Virus record (IMG/VR): IMGVR_UViG_3300030107_006707
Span: 1-64,000 of that record
Source of the DNA: a virus
Length of the DNA stretch: 64,000 nt
Direction: 5' to 3' (one strand)
Within the stretch, counting starts at the first letter, position 1; each line of letters starts with the position of its first letter. The notes beneath the pieces are model-generated. The model made no database searches. It was not told the DNA's origin and saw nothing but the letters and a program-made list of their open reading frames with translations. Position numbers and translations under genes: made by a program. Below are positions 1-13,800 of the stretch, in pieces.

Positions 1-162
1 TTCGTCATATACTTGATCACCTATTGTAACAAGATTCTGACCTGCTCTTGTGAGGAATAGTTCATCAGAGGGTTCACCGTCATTGCGGTCCGAAACGAAG
101 CTGAATCTCCCCCTATCATAATGACCGTTTGTTGCAAAAAATGTTATTTGTCGTTTAGTCAT
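1..162 (-). CDS. 5' part of a gene running off the window edge (MTKRQITFFATNGHYDRGRFSF...), probably structural
   Basis: ATG at 162 overlaps the TGA of the upstream ORF (ATGA coupling); 54 open codons to position 1. Not in the ORF track. Confidence 0.7.
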   Translation of the reverse strand, partial: MTKRQITFFATNGHYDRGRFSFVSDRNDGEPSDELFLTRAGQNLVTIGDQVYDE

Positions 163-3100
163 GGATAACCACCCCCGCCGCCAGGAAAGCCGCTGCCAGC
201 GCCGCCTGCGCCGCCAACACCACCCGCATAACCACCTGCGCCCACAGCGACCTCTCCGACCATACCTGCGTCAATACCCGCATCATCTATGGCCTGGTCG
301 TCTACCATAGCCGCTGCTTGGGTCTGACCCACTTCCACTTCCGCTTGGGCTTCTGCTTGTGCTGCGGCAGCCTCAGCACGCTCTTGAGTTTGAGTCGCTT
401 GCGCTGTCTGAGTCTGAGTTTGTGTTTGCTGGTTACTGTTGGCAAATGCTTGCTCGGCAGCAGCTTGGAATTCGTCCCTTGGCGAGGCAGGCGCTGCTTC
501 CATAGCTTGTTGTGCAAACTGGTCCTCGCCATACTGGTAGGCTTGACCCTCTCCTGCCCCAGGCGGGGCGGGGTCTTGCAAGGTAACAGGGTCCATTTGC
601 TCCACCTGATCTGACATCCGCTCTCTCGTGCTTCTGTTACGGTCCAATTCAGATTGAGAACGCTGGTCGTTAGCTATCTCTTCTACTGTAACCGAAACTG
701 CTTCTGTGCGATCGTCGTCTAATACTCTAATGTTTTGTTCTTCCAAAGTTCTAGTTAGGAAAAAATATTGATTATATATAGGTAAATCTATTCCACTATT
801 TGAAGTAACCCCAATTTGGTCTGCTACTTCGCCTACATAAGAATTAAACCTACACAACATAATTTGATCTACACCTAAGTTATTCACATCTTGAATATCT
901 ATCTCTCTCCAAACAGCATTAGCCACATCATATCCTTGATTCCTTGTTCTGTTAAATGAAGATAAAATCTCTACTTTTTTGATTTGTTTAAAATTCAACC
1001 AGTAAGATGCAAATTGGGCGTAGTTTCTCATTGGATCTGAGAGCCCCGTAAGTTGTCCTCTTGGTCCACGATGTTCTCTTAGTTCTTCAAAATCATACCT
1101 ATAGTTTTGAAATTGCTCAGTCTCACCATTAAACTTTGTTGTGACAATCTTAATCATAGCTTTTATTTGGTTTGGTAACTCTGATATATCTGCTAATATA
1201 TTCTCATCCATATCTAACACAACCTGACTAAATGAGTTCTTTTTCTCTGCCTTGTTAGTTCCTCTGTTTTCGCTTGATATTAATATTGGGCCTACGAGAT
1301 TTGCCAAAGGCTTATATATGTTCTCACTAACAACCTGTAAATCTCTAATATCTTGATTTTCTAATCTTGCAAACTGCTCCCGATGTGCTATTTCATCCAT
1401 ATCACTTTGCTGCAAGCTACCCTCATCCCCTGTCGCAGTCCCAAGCGCAATACCAACAAAATCAGACACGTTTGACAAGTTAATGTTAACGAGGCCCCCA
1501 GCGGTTGGTGCTTGTAATTTTATATTAGCGCCAAGCAGTTGTAATTGACTAAGAAGGCTATTTGTGGTATTAGAGCCATTTGCATTTTCTCTATCTGGTT
1601 TTATTTTGTTTTGATTACCTTGTGTCCTTAGACTGGCTCGCTCTAATATATTTGCAGTGAAATTTGTATATCTATCATAGTTGTATATGTTTGCAGGGGT
1701 TTGTACTATATCCCCTCCAATTGAATCCACTATAGTAGCAGGAGTAAAATACTTTATTTTCGTATCCTCTATCCCTGCGACTGCTTGCGGCGAAAGAAAG
1801 TACTTACTTGTTTCTTGATCAGCACGAGCTAGGAAATCAGTAAGGTTTTTTATTTCCAAACCAACATTAGGGGTAGCTTCACTGCCCACATTTAAGTAAT
1901 CATATCCCTCATTGTTTGTGGTTTCAACAATGTTCTTAAACACAAAGTTTTTTGTTATTATAGAGCGGGAAGCACTTTGTCCACTGTTTGGGTTAGATAC
2001 ATAAGCAGTAGCGTTTTCTGGGCTATCATCACCTGGATATACTTGTATTCCAGGAACCGCCCTTCTTAATTCGTTCTCCAATTCACTGCCATAAAATGCA
2101 AATATATCTGCTATTCTTTCTATACCCTCTGCTCGCTCAAATACAGACATGTCAGCATTACCACCTAGCGTTGTAATAATTTCTAATATGTCTCCAGTCA
2201 CCCCCTTTAAAACCCCTGTATTACTTAAGGAATTCATAATCGGAGTCATCCACTGTGTTAAACTCACTTCATTGCTGGCCATTTCATGCAGACTGGTTCG
2301 GTCTTCAGGCGTTGAGGATGGCATTGTTCCCAAATTACTAACTACCTTTCTTAGTGCATTCTCCTTCTCTAAGAAGGCATTAGTTAGAAGCAGTAACATA
2401 TCAACCGAAGCATCTAAGTAATCAATTTCTAAACCATACTCAAATTTCTTCCCCGATGCGCTAGCTCTCTCTTCTTCATTTTCATGAAAATCAGTTGTTG
2501 TAAAAAACCGCATACCTTGCAGGGTATTACTTCTTGCCCCTAAATATATTTGATTTGTAAATTCACGTATGCTACTTGCACCAGAACTTCCTGTGAGACC
2601 TATTATTTCTCTGTCCTGATTTTTAGTAGAGCGAGTATTTCTGCTCGTTGTCCCTAGAGAGTTGGCCACCACATTGTTATCTGGGTTTAGTTGGTGTTTG
2701 TATACTTGTATTCTTGTTATACCAGACCCTAAGTTTCTTGCTAGCTCAGCAAAGACTTCATCCGTGTATATCCTAGGAAATACACTATTTTGTTGTAAAA
2801 ATCTTTGCTCGTTAAATGCAAACGCTAAATCTACTTCATCATTTCTTCGTCTTGATGCCCACAAGTCTGAAAACACAACTGCTTCTCTTGCTAGCATTGC
2901 GTATACAGATTCATCCACATCCACTGACATACTTTTTATTTCGTCTTCAAATCTAGAAAGATCAACTGGACTATCTTGTATACCGCCCATAACTTGTGAA
3001 GAATCACCACCTTGAAGCACTTGCCCACTTAGACTAAAAAGACCACGAAGATCTTGGAATATCCCATTATCTGGTGCAACTATTTCCTGATCGGATGATT

Positions 3101-4028
3101 GTATTTGTTCCGCTGTTACTAGTATAGGCCTAATGTACACGGTAGAGGAAACCGTCGCTGTGCTTATTTTTGAATAAGTAAAGTCTAATATTGTATTGTC
3201 TGGCGTGATATCAAATTCACTTCTTATTGCATCCGTATTAACATAAGAAAAACAAAAGACAGTCACATGATCTGCATCTAAACGTGCATTTCTAAATCGT
3301 GCTAATGGCAAATCAGACCTTCTAATTTCTTCCCCATCATCACCAATAGTTTTTTCTATTGCTCCCGCTTGGCCTTCCAGGCTTCTATATATCTGGAGTA
3401 GTCTAAACTCTTGCACATCTAATTTAAAACCAGAGGCATAACGTATGTCCCTAACTGCTGTGGGAGTGTTTCCTTCCTCATCTACTCCCAAACTATCACT
3501 CTTAAGTAAGTCAACACAAATTTTCATCCTTATCTGACTTAACTCCATAGCGGCATGGGTTGGTCCTGGGTGGAATTGTCCATTTCTTACGTGTATACCA
3601 TCAAGTCCTAGTAAGCCAGCGAGCAAGGTTGCTTGTGCTTCTGTAAAATTAAAATTGCCAGATCTTGCACTAACAGAATAAAATCTTTGCACAAGACTAA
3701 GCTCATTAATAATATCATCACCCTCGTAGGCACCACGTCTGTCAGCATTAATAACGTTAATAATATTCACTAACAATTGAGTGAAGCCAGCGTCTGTTGA
3801 TAAAATCACTCTGGATGAAATGTATTTTTGTGCTTCCACATCATCAAACCAAGTATCTTGTGCTTGATCAACAATCCTTTCAATAAATGAATTGTTAACT
3901 GTAACTAGCCCAAACCCTGTATCTGCATCTTGGGCATTTTGAGGTGGCTCAAAGGTTACTCGTCGGATCTCAACATCTGGTGATAGTCCTGTATAGGAAG
4001 CGCAGGAGTCAAATCTAAACTGTGGCAT
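159..4028 (-). CDS. Large hypothetical protein, probably virion structural, with Q/A/G-rich low-complexity C-terminus
   Basis: 1289-aa ORF translationally coupled to neighbours in the baseplate/tail module; ends QTQTQTQT...GGGGGYP. Confidence 0.7.
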   Translation of the reverse strand: MPQFRFDSCASYTGLSPDVEIRRVTFEPPQNAQDADTGFGLVTVNNSFIERIVDQAQDTWFDDVEAQKYISSRVILSTDAGFTQLLVNIINVINADRRGAYEGDDIINELSLVQRFYSVSARSGNFNFTEAQATLLAGLLGLDGIHVRNGQFHPGPTHAAMELSQIRMKICVDLLKSDSLGVDEEGNTPTAVRDIRYASGFKLDVQEFRLLQIYRSLEGQAGAIEKTIGDDGEEIRRSDLPLARFRNARLDADHVTVFCFSYVNTDAIRSEFDITPDNTILDFTYSKISTATVSSTVYIRPILVTAEQIQSSDQEIVAPDNGIFQDLRGLFSLSGQVLQGGDSSQVMGGIQDSPVDLSRFEDEIKSMSVDVDESVYAMLAREAVVFSDLWASRRRNDEVDLAFAFNEQRFLQQNSVFPRIYTDEVFAELARNLGSGITRIQVYKHQLNPDNNVVANSLGTTSRNTRSTKNQDREIIGLTGSSGASSIREFTNQIYLGARSNTLQGMRFFTTTDFHENEEERASASGKKFEYGLEIDYLDASVDMLLLLTNAFLEKENALRKVVSNLGTMPSSTPEDRTSLHEMASNEVSLTQWMTPIMNSLSNTGVLKGVTGDILEIITTLGGNADMSVFERAEGIERIADIFAFYGSELENELRRAVPGIQVYPGDDSPENATAYVSNPNSGQSASRSIITKNFVFKNIVETTNNEGYDYLNVGSEATPNVGLEIKNLTDFLARADQETSKYFLSPQAVAGIEDTKIKYFTPATIVDSIGGDIVQTPANIYNYDRYTNFTANILERASLRTQGNQNKIKPDRENANGSNTTNSLLSQLQLLGANIKLQAPTAGGLVNINLSNVSDFVGIALGTATGDEGSLQQSDMDEIAHREQFARLENQDIRDLQVVSENIYKPLANLVGPILISSENRGTNKAEKKNSFSQVVLDMDENILADISELPNQIKAMIKIVTTKFNGETEQFQNYRYDFEELREHRGPRGQLTGLSDPMRNYAQFASYWLNFKQIKKVEILSSFNRTRNQGYDVANAVWREIDIQDVNNLGVDQIMLCRFNSYVGEVADQIGVTSNSGIDLPIYNQYFFLTRTLEEQNIRVLDDDRTEAVSVTVEEIANDQRSQSELDRNRSTRERMSDQVEQMDPVTLQDPAPPGAGEGQAYQYGEDQFAQQAMEAAPASPRDEFQAAAEQAFANSNQQTQTQTQTAQATQTQERAEAAAAQAEAQAEVEVGQTQAAAMVDDQAIDDAGIDAGMVGEVAVGAGGYAGGVGGAGGAGSGFPGGGGGYP

Positions 4029-4852
4029 TAGCAGACCTCCCCGCTGTCATCATCATCTAAATTATACAAATTGTTTTGTGACACTGTAATTCTACCTATG
4101 TCATCAATTTCTCTATCTAGACGCACATCTAAAAAGTATTCTACAAATGTATCATTCAAATCTGGGTACCTATCATTAAGTTCAGCTTCACTGGCCTTGA
4201 TGAAATCATTTTCAGACCTTGCTTCTTCTTCAGGAATAAAATTTAGTTGTTTTATAATTTCACCTGAGCCCGACTGAACTTCATATACTTCTACATCAAA
4301 GTTACCTTTCATTTTAAACGTGGTGTTAACTTCAGACACATCAAGAATTATTGCTTGTTCATTTTCTATGTCCTCGCCAAAATCAGTAGTTACATACTCA
4401 TATGTACCAGTGAAAAAAAGCTGTGGGACAGTTTGTCCACGATTGTATGTTTCAGCATATTTTACTGCGCCACTCATAGGGACAGACTCTGGAGTTAGTA
4501 AAGATAATTTCCAAGCAGGTTTAAAACTTTTAGCAGGGTCCATTGTACCAATCGGCTTACTTAGAGCATGATTTGTATCTATAACACCTAAAGAGCTTCC
4601 ACTATATGGGGTTGGAAATTCAAGAGAGGAAGAGAAATTGTATATTGTTTTCATGTAGATAGAGTCTTTTACTCTAGTCACAGCATCGTTCTGTTCCTCT
4701 GATAATCCACCATATGTTACGTCGTAAAGAACCTCGTCATCAAAAAAGCTATATAATACAGGCTTAAATCTACCCTTTGAAAGCAAATACTTTCCGTATT
4801 GGGTCAACTCTATCTGTATTACATCTTCTTTTTTGTTGAAAAAAACAGTCAT
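4028..4852 (-). CDS. Virion structural protein (baseplate/tail-collar-like N-terminus)
   Basis: N-terminal FFNKKEDVIQIELTQYGKYLLSKG...FFDDEVLYD resembles the LTxxG..L..G motif of tail-collar fibre-type (DUF3751-like) domains; structural context. Confidence 0.55.
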   Translation of the reverse strand: MTVFFNKKEDVIQIELTQYGKYLLSKGRFKPVLYSFFDDEVLYDVTYGGLSEEQNDAVTRVKDSIYMKTIYNFSSSLEFPTPYSGSSLGVIDTNHALSKPIGTMDPAKSFKPAWKLSLLTPESVPMSGAVKYAETYNRGQTVPQLFFTGTYEYVTTDFGEDIENEQAIILDVSEVNTTFKMKGNFDVEVYEVQSGSGEIIKQLNFIPEEEARSENDFIKASEAELNDRYPDLNDTFVEYFLDVRLDREIDDIGRITVSQNNLYNLDDDDSGEVC

Positions 4853-4887
4853 ATTATAAATACCACACCATCTTATTAATCATAATT

Positions 4888-7800
4888 CTAATTAACCTTT
4901 ATACCTTGTCCTGGGCTTCTTCTTGTGTTTGTCCTGAGAGCTTCAGTTCGGGAGTCAGGACCATCTAACGATTCTACATTTTTATTATTAAGATCACCAT
5001 CGCCGTCTATCTCATCTATATCTGGTCTGAATGTAACACCTGCTTCTATTTTAGCTAATTCAACTATTGAGAAGAAGTCATATGGCCAATTAAACCCTTT
5101 CATTCTCTTCTCGTAAGCAAGCTGACCTGTTGGTTCCTGTATTGTAGCACCTGCAAAGCGTAGACTATTTCTAATCATCTCTTCATAACTACCTGCTGCT
5201 CGCTGCTTAACTTTAAACACCATCCATTGTATATCTGGCCTAAAGCCAGGACTGTCCTTGTCAGATGAGTGAATAAATTCTGAGTTATCTATAAGATCAC
5301 GTAGGCGACGATCTACTTTGCCCCCACCTGCGCCAGGCTTAGCCCCAAAGTCTTGCAGTCCAACACCAGGCATTGCGTGATCAATTGTGTAAACCTTAGC
5401 TTTTTCAAACTTTTTACTTGCTTCTGGCATGATACCCTGCCACCAATCTGCAAGATCTTGCTTGTTGAATGTGGTTGTAAATTCAAATAAGTACATGGCT
5501 ATAGGTGGATTTTCGTCGTCTAACCTGGAATTGATTGGCTTAGCAGACAAATCCTCCTCAGTAATCCTTGGATATGTCTCTGGTGCCAAGAAAGACATCC
5601 TTCTTTCTATAGTTGGTGGAAGAACATACTTGGTTAGTGCTCTTCTAAGTCTTGCAGTTTGCTTACCAAATATTTGCACAACCTGATTACTCTCATCCTT
5701 TATTGGGATTGGAATAAACTGTAGCTGGCCATCATTATCCTTGAAATAAGGAAGCGCAACAATTGCTTCGCTAAATTCTTTTCTATCTGCTACTTTACCA
5801 AGATTAACAGGCTGATTCACAACTTCAGCAGGGAAGCCAACCAATTTAGCTAAAGATCGGACCTCTCGTTTACGGTCACCTGTTTCTGTTATATCAACAA
5901 GTGAATTAGGTATTTTAGGTAAGAACTGTTCTTCAGCCTCAGCAATAATTGATGGTAAATTTCCAGCGCTATCTTTAAACACGCTCACTGCTTTTAGTCG
6001 TTTTTCTTTTTCGCCTGAACCTAGATCTTTAATTAGCATCTGCACGCCCTCACCTGGATTTGGTGTAACCCCATATTGATGCCACATGCCTTGCTGAGGG
6101 CAAGCCTCTTTACCAAATGCACCATCAATAAAATTGCGCAAACCAATATCAGCATCAGGGTTAGCATACGCAAATGAAGCAGAAAAATTGTAGGAACCAC
6201 TATTTGTTGCCCATGGCTCGGCTCGGACTGGGAAATCCAATATTGGACACTCCCACTTAGGCATGATTACCCAAGAATCGTTTGGTTGAATATTGCCTGG
6301 GTGTACATTATCTACTGTAATAGAAGCCTTGATTTCCATTTTGTTTTGCCAAGCACGGTTCCACAAATAACCTGGGACTCCCAATCCTCCATTACCATGA
6401 GTCATGGGTGTTCCTTGGGTTATTGTTGTACTGCCATAGGCTGCGCTTACATCTGTCTGATTTAAATCATTAAACCTAAAGTCAAACAAATAGTCATTAT
6501 CATTACCATATTCAATTTCAGATGCAGCAATGATCTCATTAAGAGTTAGCAACCCAGAACCAGTTGGCAGAAAATAAACTCTTGCCCAAGACGCCCCATA
6601 CCAATAAGGTGGAGTGTGTGGGGCATTATTGCCATGCAATAAGGGCCAAACTGAGCCAGAGGGTGTTGACCCAGAAAGATTTGAACTAGTTGCTCTAGCG
6701 CCAAACCGTACCATTCCCCAATCTGCTTTTAGAACAGAACCATACTTGTCTCTAAGGCTACCAGTGACTCCTGCATTTGCTAGTAATTCATTATTATCAA
6801 AAGCTGAACCTGTTGCTGTGCAAGGACCGAATGCAATCGGATTTGAATACATATTAAAATTATCTGTTTTGCGCAGAGAAATTTCCATAGCGTACAATGT
6901 ACCACTCTGAACTGGTATGGCACCTGGGTTGACTAAAGTTGGATCAGATGCAATAGTTGTTAATGTACTATTTTCTAGAAATACTTCTGGAACTGCTCCA
7001 AAGAAATTACCTGCCCCTTTTACATATTTATTATTCGCATATGTGTAGAAGGATGATGTAATATCATTAGCTTGCCAATCAAATATTTGATTATTGACAA
7101 ATTTGTTATCTAATAGATATTCTGTTGGGTTAACAATAGTTTCAAAGTTAATACGATCTGGGTAGTAAAGCAAGTGTGCTAGAAATTCTTCACTACCTGT
7201 TGGTTGCGTTTTTTCAAATGTACCCAATCTTCTTGGTAAAGGTTTTTCCTTAAATATTCGTGCTACTTCCATTCTAAAGTTACCTGCATTTAGAACACCT
7301 ATACCATGATTGTTTCTACGAATAATTGGACTGTCTTTTGTGTAATTACTAAGCTCAGCAAAAGTTCTAGGATCACCCGAAGCGGACAAGAAAAAGCCTA
7401 CCTCTCCTGGCTCTCTGTTAAATCTTATATCTCTGTTGATAAATACTGGGTGATCAACTGCCATACCAGATTTGATTGAGTTATACATGATGCCTGGTGC
7501 ATAGAAATAGTCAAGAACGTTTTGCCAACCAGCGCCAGAAATATCAGTTTGATTACCACCACCTCTTGTGCCTGTTTCGGCCTCAAATGTTGCGCCTGGT
7601 GTATATGATTGTGAGAATAAGGTAGCTAACTGTAAACTTCTTACCATGGGATAAAAACCATCATAAGGTAAGACTTTTTGCACACCTCTTACCTCTAAGG
7701 ATAAGTCAGATGGAAGACCATTGATCTCCTTGTCATCTATCATAAACTGATTAAGGAATCTAATAAAATCTGTATTTTGATATCTTGCCATAAAGCCATT

Positions 7801-10800
7801 CTGTGCGCTACTAGCAAGATCAGCCGCACCTGTGATAGAATAACTTGAACTATTAAATGCATAGTAATCGCCAAAGTTTTGTACTTCATATAAATCTATG
7901 TGTTCACTAATTCTAAACTCAGGTATTAGAGACATGCCACGACCGAGTTGTTTTTGTCCCTCGGAAAAATCTTTATATGTGTCATAAAATGGTCCTCTGG
8001 ATTCAATTAGAGAACCTTTGTTTGGTCCATCTACGGCTCGCCTATCTCTGCCAGCAGTCCAAGGTGGTGCGAAGAAAACGCCACCGACTGAACCCTGTTC
8101 AACTGATTGAGTATAATTTACTGGATTTCCTGTCAAACTATCAAAGTCTAAATGCATTAGTTGATTCATGTAGTGGCATGAGCGCTTAGAGTACCATGGA
8201 GTTGGTGTGTAACCTTGGTTTGGTGCTGACCCTGTTCTTCCAGGGGCTCCAAACTTAAATGTCATAAGTTCGCCAGCGGCTAAATTATATACTCCGCTAG
8301 CCTGACCACCGAAGAAATCAACATTTGTTGCTGCGCTGCTAATATCAACTGTAACACCTGTTAGCATCACATGAGACCCGCTAAACAATCCGTCACCATA
8401 TGCAAATGAGTCCATAGGCCAAATTGAAGCAGTACCATTTCCTGTTCTTGGCGCTGTAACTCCCTCTGCTGAATCAAACGGATATTGGAATTTCTGCTCT
8501 ATAACATAGCCCTGAGAATTAACATATCCAACTTGCCATCTGGGTGATTGCCTGTTTTGTGCAGCAGCCCTTCTGGCCATCTCAGGAACAAAATTTTCTT
8601 CTGTTGCTGGGATAAAGCCAAATCCGTCAACGACTTTATGAGGATCTGCTTTTGATAAAGCTGCAAATACCTCATCGTCATCTCGCCAACGAGTATATTG
8701 GAAATTATCTCTTACCTGGCTTGAAGATAAATTAGCGTTTATCACTTTTGGATATATGTCTTGTCTAAGCTTATGACTCTTGATCCTACCAATACCTGTA
8801 TCTTCAGCGGATAGCTTTTTAGAATATGTAATACTCTTTACATCTCTTAGAGAATCGTATACAAACATTTGTGATTTTGGCTTGCCGCCAAGTCTGGTCC
8901 TAACATCCCCGTTAATAAACGTTGCTTTTTGGTTTGTATATGAGTGTTCTATTACTATGTCTCTAAATACAAGCTGATCATCTTCAGGACTAGCATCATC
9001 TACAATAGATAAAGTTGTAACAATTGGCTTATATGAATATTGAACCACTGGTTCTGAAATCTCTCTTTCCACCTCAACAACTGAACCAGCGTCGCTTATT
9101 GTACGGTCATATATTCTGACCTTATTGGATGGAAGAATTGACTCTCTATTTCTGATCTGGCTTTGTCTGATTTGTTGCCAGCTATTATAGTTTTTACCAA
9201 CACCCCAACGGTATTGAACTGTACCGTCTGACGCTGAAAGGACAGCCGAGGTGTCATCTTCTCTGTAATCTTTCATGTTCTCAAAAACTTGCGTTCGCAA
9301 GAAACCAGCGGGGCCACCTTGAGTTAAGACAACTGCACCAATGCGAGAAGTGAATGTACCTGATGGACTTGTTGCTGCTAAATATGACACCGCATCATTA
9401 TTGATTGTTGTAAATGGTCCCGCAATCGGCTGAACATCTGTGATAGCAGTACCAGTAGCAAATGTAAATGTATGATTAGAGGGATTATTATCCGAAGAAG
9501 TAGTATGCGTAACAATACTATTGTCTAGATCTGGTGCATTAATATTGATAGATTGTGAAATTTGATCTAGAACATTACCTGAATTACTAGAAAATTGTAT
9601 AGTTACATGAAATATTTTATTAGCAGCGACGCCTGCTGCAAGCAAATCATCCTCTGGTCCTGATGGACCAGTTGTACCACTAAGGTTAAGACAGACTCCA
9701 TACTTAACCCCATTTGCATCAGAGAGTATAAATGCAGAACCCGAAAGAGCAAACTTATTAAAGCCGCCTGCGGAAGAACCGTTGTAGCTTGTCCCATCAA
9801 GAAGAAGTTTTTGCTGCTCAGCCGTAGCTGGTATAACTGTGCCGCCTGGTAAAGTACCATCATATCCAGTTCCTTGCACTAAAGAACTACGAGATGGAAC
9901 AGTGATAACCTCTGGTGTTACAGAACCACTATTAAAAAGATCATGTTCTGAAGTAGAAGAGGAGCCACTTAGGGCCTGTAGCCAGCTAAGTCGGTCGGCT
10001 CTTGGTATTGGATGTGTTATAAATGCATTATCTTTTACAGAGCCAGTTGTTACAGTATAAATATTAGATTTACCAGCAAAATATCCCGAGATAACAGGTC
10101 TCTGCAAAGTGTTTCTTTGTGTGTCATGTCTTGAAATAACATCAAATCCAAAACTTCCTGTATTAAGATCTTGTACAGTAAATCCTGAAGAAATTAAACT
10201 ACCTGCTACTGATCCTAATTGACCACCACGAGCTTGATGTACTTGAAGCCTACCATTTATAATTTCTCTTGTCAATGTATTTCTAAATGGCAAGGCATTG
10301 TTTGGAGAAAGTTCACTAGCATAGAAATCCAAATACAATGGGCTGGATGTTTCAACACCACCTGGTGCTGAGAACCTTTCCGTAAACACAGATTTTTGTG
10401 AAGTTCTAGTAGAAATTGTTGCCTGGTCGCCTCGGCGAGTTGGGATAGGTGTTTCAACAACATCACCAACGTATGGAGAGAGAAGAGGATTTGGTGCGTA
10501 AGCAGTTGGATCATCCCTTAAATCTATATTATTTATTGATCTGCCTGATGTTTGTACTACTTGATAATTTAAAGTTCTATCAAAGTTTCCAAGCACATTA
10601 CCACTAACGCTACTTGTTACGTGCGCAATATTAGCTATATTGACTGGTGATTTTGAAGTCAGCCCTCTGTAATAGTGGCCCTTACCAGAACTTAGGGCAC
10701 CTGTTTCTGTGTCTATATTTGCTAGAACGCCAGTGCCGCTAGAGACAGATAATCTAAATTTCTCTCTTCTAAGGGTCGGATCAGTTTGCATTCTTAGCCC

Positions 10801-13800
10801 ACTAGCTCTAGCTAATAATCCACCTACATGTGTATTAGTAAATGGACCCTGCATAGGAACTTCATAGCCCGATCCAAAGTAAGCGTCTTCATGTAAATTA
10901 GTTATTTGAGATCCTGACAGTCCATTATCTGTTAACATCTTATTGTGAGTGCCTTCATTCAAAGCATTATACAAACTAAATGGAGCTAGACGATTACCTT
11001 TGAAATTTTCTCCTGCTATACTAACACGGAAACCTTGACGAACTTTCTCTAGAGGAGATCCTGGAGGAACTACCGCATCAGTGCAATCTTTAGCTGATGC
11101 TACTGAACTAAAAGATAAAACATTAGTTTTTGCCTTGTTAGCAAATTCATTTGAGCCACCGACTATATTATTAGTTACAACGGACTCAAACTTGTATAAT
11201 TTCTTTCTGTTTTGTTCCAAGACAGATCTACCAGTTACTTTGAACAGATTTTGTCTGTCTAATTGAACTCCTGCTGAGGCAGCGGCGTTTGGTCCAAGCG
11301 AAAGAGCAACACCATCACGATCAGCACGACCCTGCCACCAGCTACAATTTTCATTTTGAGCTTCTTTTAGTATCTTATCGCTAGCGCCCGTAAAATCATT
11401 TACATCAACAAGATTTACAGTTCCTGCCCCATGAGCTATGGCGCTACTAATATTGCCGCTTGTACCAGCGACTGTCATGGTTAGGGTTACTTTTTTAGTG
11501 TTGCTACCTTGCGCTGCGGAGATGCCAAGTACACCAATATTAGTAATAGCATCAGTGCCACCTCCAGCGTCATTGCCGTAAGTAATCCTATCATCAGCAG
11601 TACCATTGATAGCTTTTACCACCAAAGCGGCATTAGCTGCATCATCTGACCCTGCCGTAGCGATAGTAATAGAATTAGATCCAAAGCTAGATGGGTCACT
11701 AGTAGAGGATACATCAAACTTAATTGTAATTGTAGTATTGGAACCACCAGCGGCAACTGGAATCTGAATGGTGAATCTAGTTGATGGATCTGCGGCCGCT
11801 TGGTAGCCGTCTAGGTCAATCGCATCAACCGCAGATGCAAGTGATCCAGTCATGGTTGGAGGGTGATGATTAAATCTCCAACTATACTGCGATTCAAAAC
11901 CACCACGTATTGATCCTGATGGCTCAAAAGGATACCCCTCTATCGTTGGATACTTATGTTGATATTTATTTCTCTCTAAAACATGACTCTCAACAATGTT
12001 GCGAACATTGGGGGCCACCATAGCAGATGCAGGGAAAAGTTGCTCTATCATATTTGTTAGAGAACCATCAAGCCACTTGTAATAATCTAAATATTTATCC
12101 AAGTCTATTTTATCATTGGTTACTCTTCGGAAGAATATCTCTCTCAACTTACCCAGGTCTTTATACTCTGCTCTGTATTTATTGACTGGTTCTCCAATAA
12201 GATTATTAAAGTCTTTTATAGAGCCAAACATATTGAGCATTTGGCTAGAGATACCATCATATAAACTCTTCTCAACTGCAAATGAATATCTAACAGGTCT
12301 TCTGTCCCGACCAAAGACATCATCATCGGACCCCTCTAAGATTATGGTAATCATATCATCAGAGGCAATTTCCTCTGGTGGTTGAAGTTCTAAAGTTGGT
12401 AAGTATTGTTTTCTCGCTGGTTTATCATTTGCCTTAAAGAAATCACCTCTTGCAGAGTGATGTCTCTGTGTGGATGCATATGCTGCTTGATAATTGTTTT
12501 CATAGTTAGACGAGTTTGAACCAGATGTAAAATCATCTACTCTAAATTGACCGCTAGCATCTGATCCCGTAACAGTTTCAAAATCCCAGTTTAACATTAG
12601 GGACTCTATACTAGGAACATATACATCTGAACCACTGGCTTGGAACGTGTTGGTATTTCTATAAGGATGTTGTGATCCGTAAACACTCGCAATTCTGGCC
12701 TGATGATCAACATCAGAGGAAGTCAGGAAGCTGTTCCATGCCCTACAAGCGCCGACTCGTATGTCCGATCTTTGTAATATTCCGCCTGTGTTATTGGTCC
12801 TGTGTGCGCCAACATACACTCTTTTAGCGCTAGTTAGAATATTAGATCCTGTTGCATATACAACTGTGCTGCTGTTTTGGAAACTTGCATTCTTTTGATC
12901 GGATATAAAGTTTGAACCATAAAGTTCAACAATATATTTGTGATTGTGTATTTCTGCCCCGTCTACATCTTGTGCAAATGGATATGTTTCTGGTCTGACA
13001 TTTAATGACAAAACCCAGCGAGTATCATCATAAACATCTGATATGGTATCTGTTTGTAAGATAATATTTCCAAGCCTATCTTTCACTTCAAAATACACAT
13101 CTTTTGAGGCCGCATCTTCAGATGAGATTAGCGAGTATTCTCCTTGGGCGTGAACTGAATAAACTTGTAGTCCATAATCAACTTCTGGGTTTGCCCAGGT
13201 AGTATCTGTTGCTGTAGCAGAAGTGCTATTCGGTGTGTGAAAACCAAATAGTGAAGCTGTTACAGACGCTGGAGTAATGTAATTTTTAGACCCTGGTTGC
13301 GGCCGCAGTGGGAAATTAATGTCTGCTTGTAGGGTGAAGGTATTGGGACCAAGAGATGTGTTCTGTTGAATAATCCCGCTTGACCCACCATCATAACCAT
13401 CAGCATAGTAAAACTGATACACCGAAGCCTCAGTGTCATCACCACGTCTAAGTCCAGTAAAGTCTATATATTTGCTTTCGTGCGAAGTCTCTTTGTAGCT
13501 ACTGGTTAGAGGATAACTTACATTGTCACCATATGTGCTTATCTTGACCAGCTTTTCATCTATACCCAAACACCTTAATGTATTTGTAAATGATTTTCTT
13601 GTACCCTTTGACTTAAGGATATAACTCAAGTTGTTATAAAGATTTTTATAGATAACATTCTTAATCTGATGTATAGATTTCTCTAGTGGTCTTTTATCAT
13701 CTTTGTCCAGATAGCGAACTATTTCGTTGACAGAATCAAATAACTCAGGAGCTTCAAATCCCAATGAAGATAGAAGGCGATCATTGTTTGGCGACTCAAG

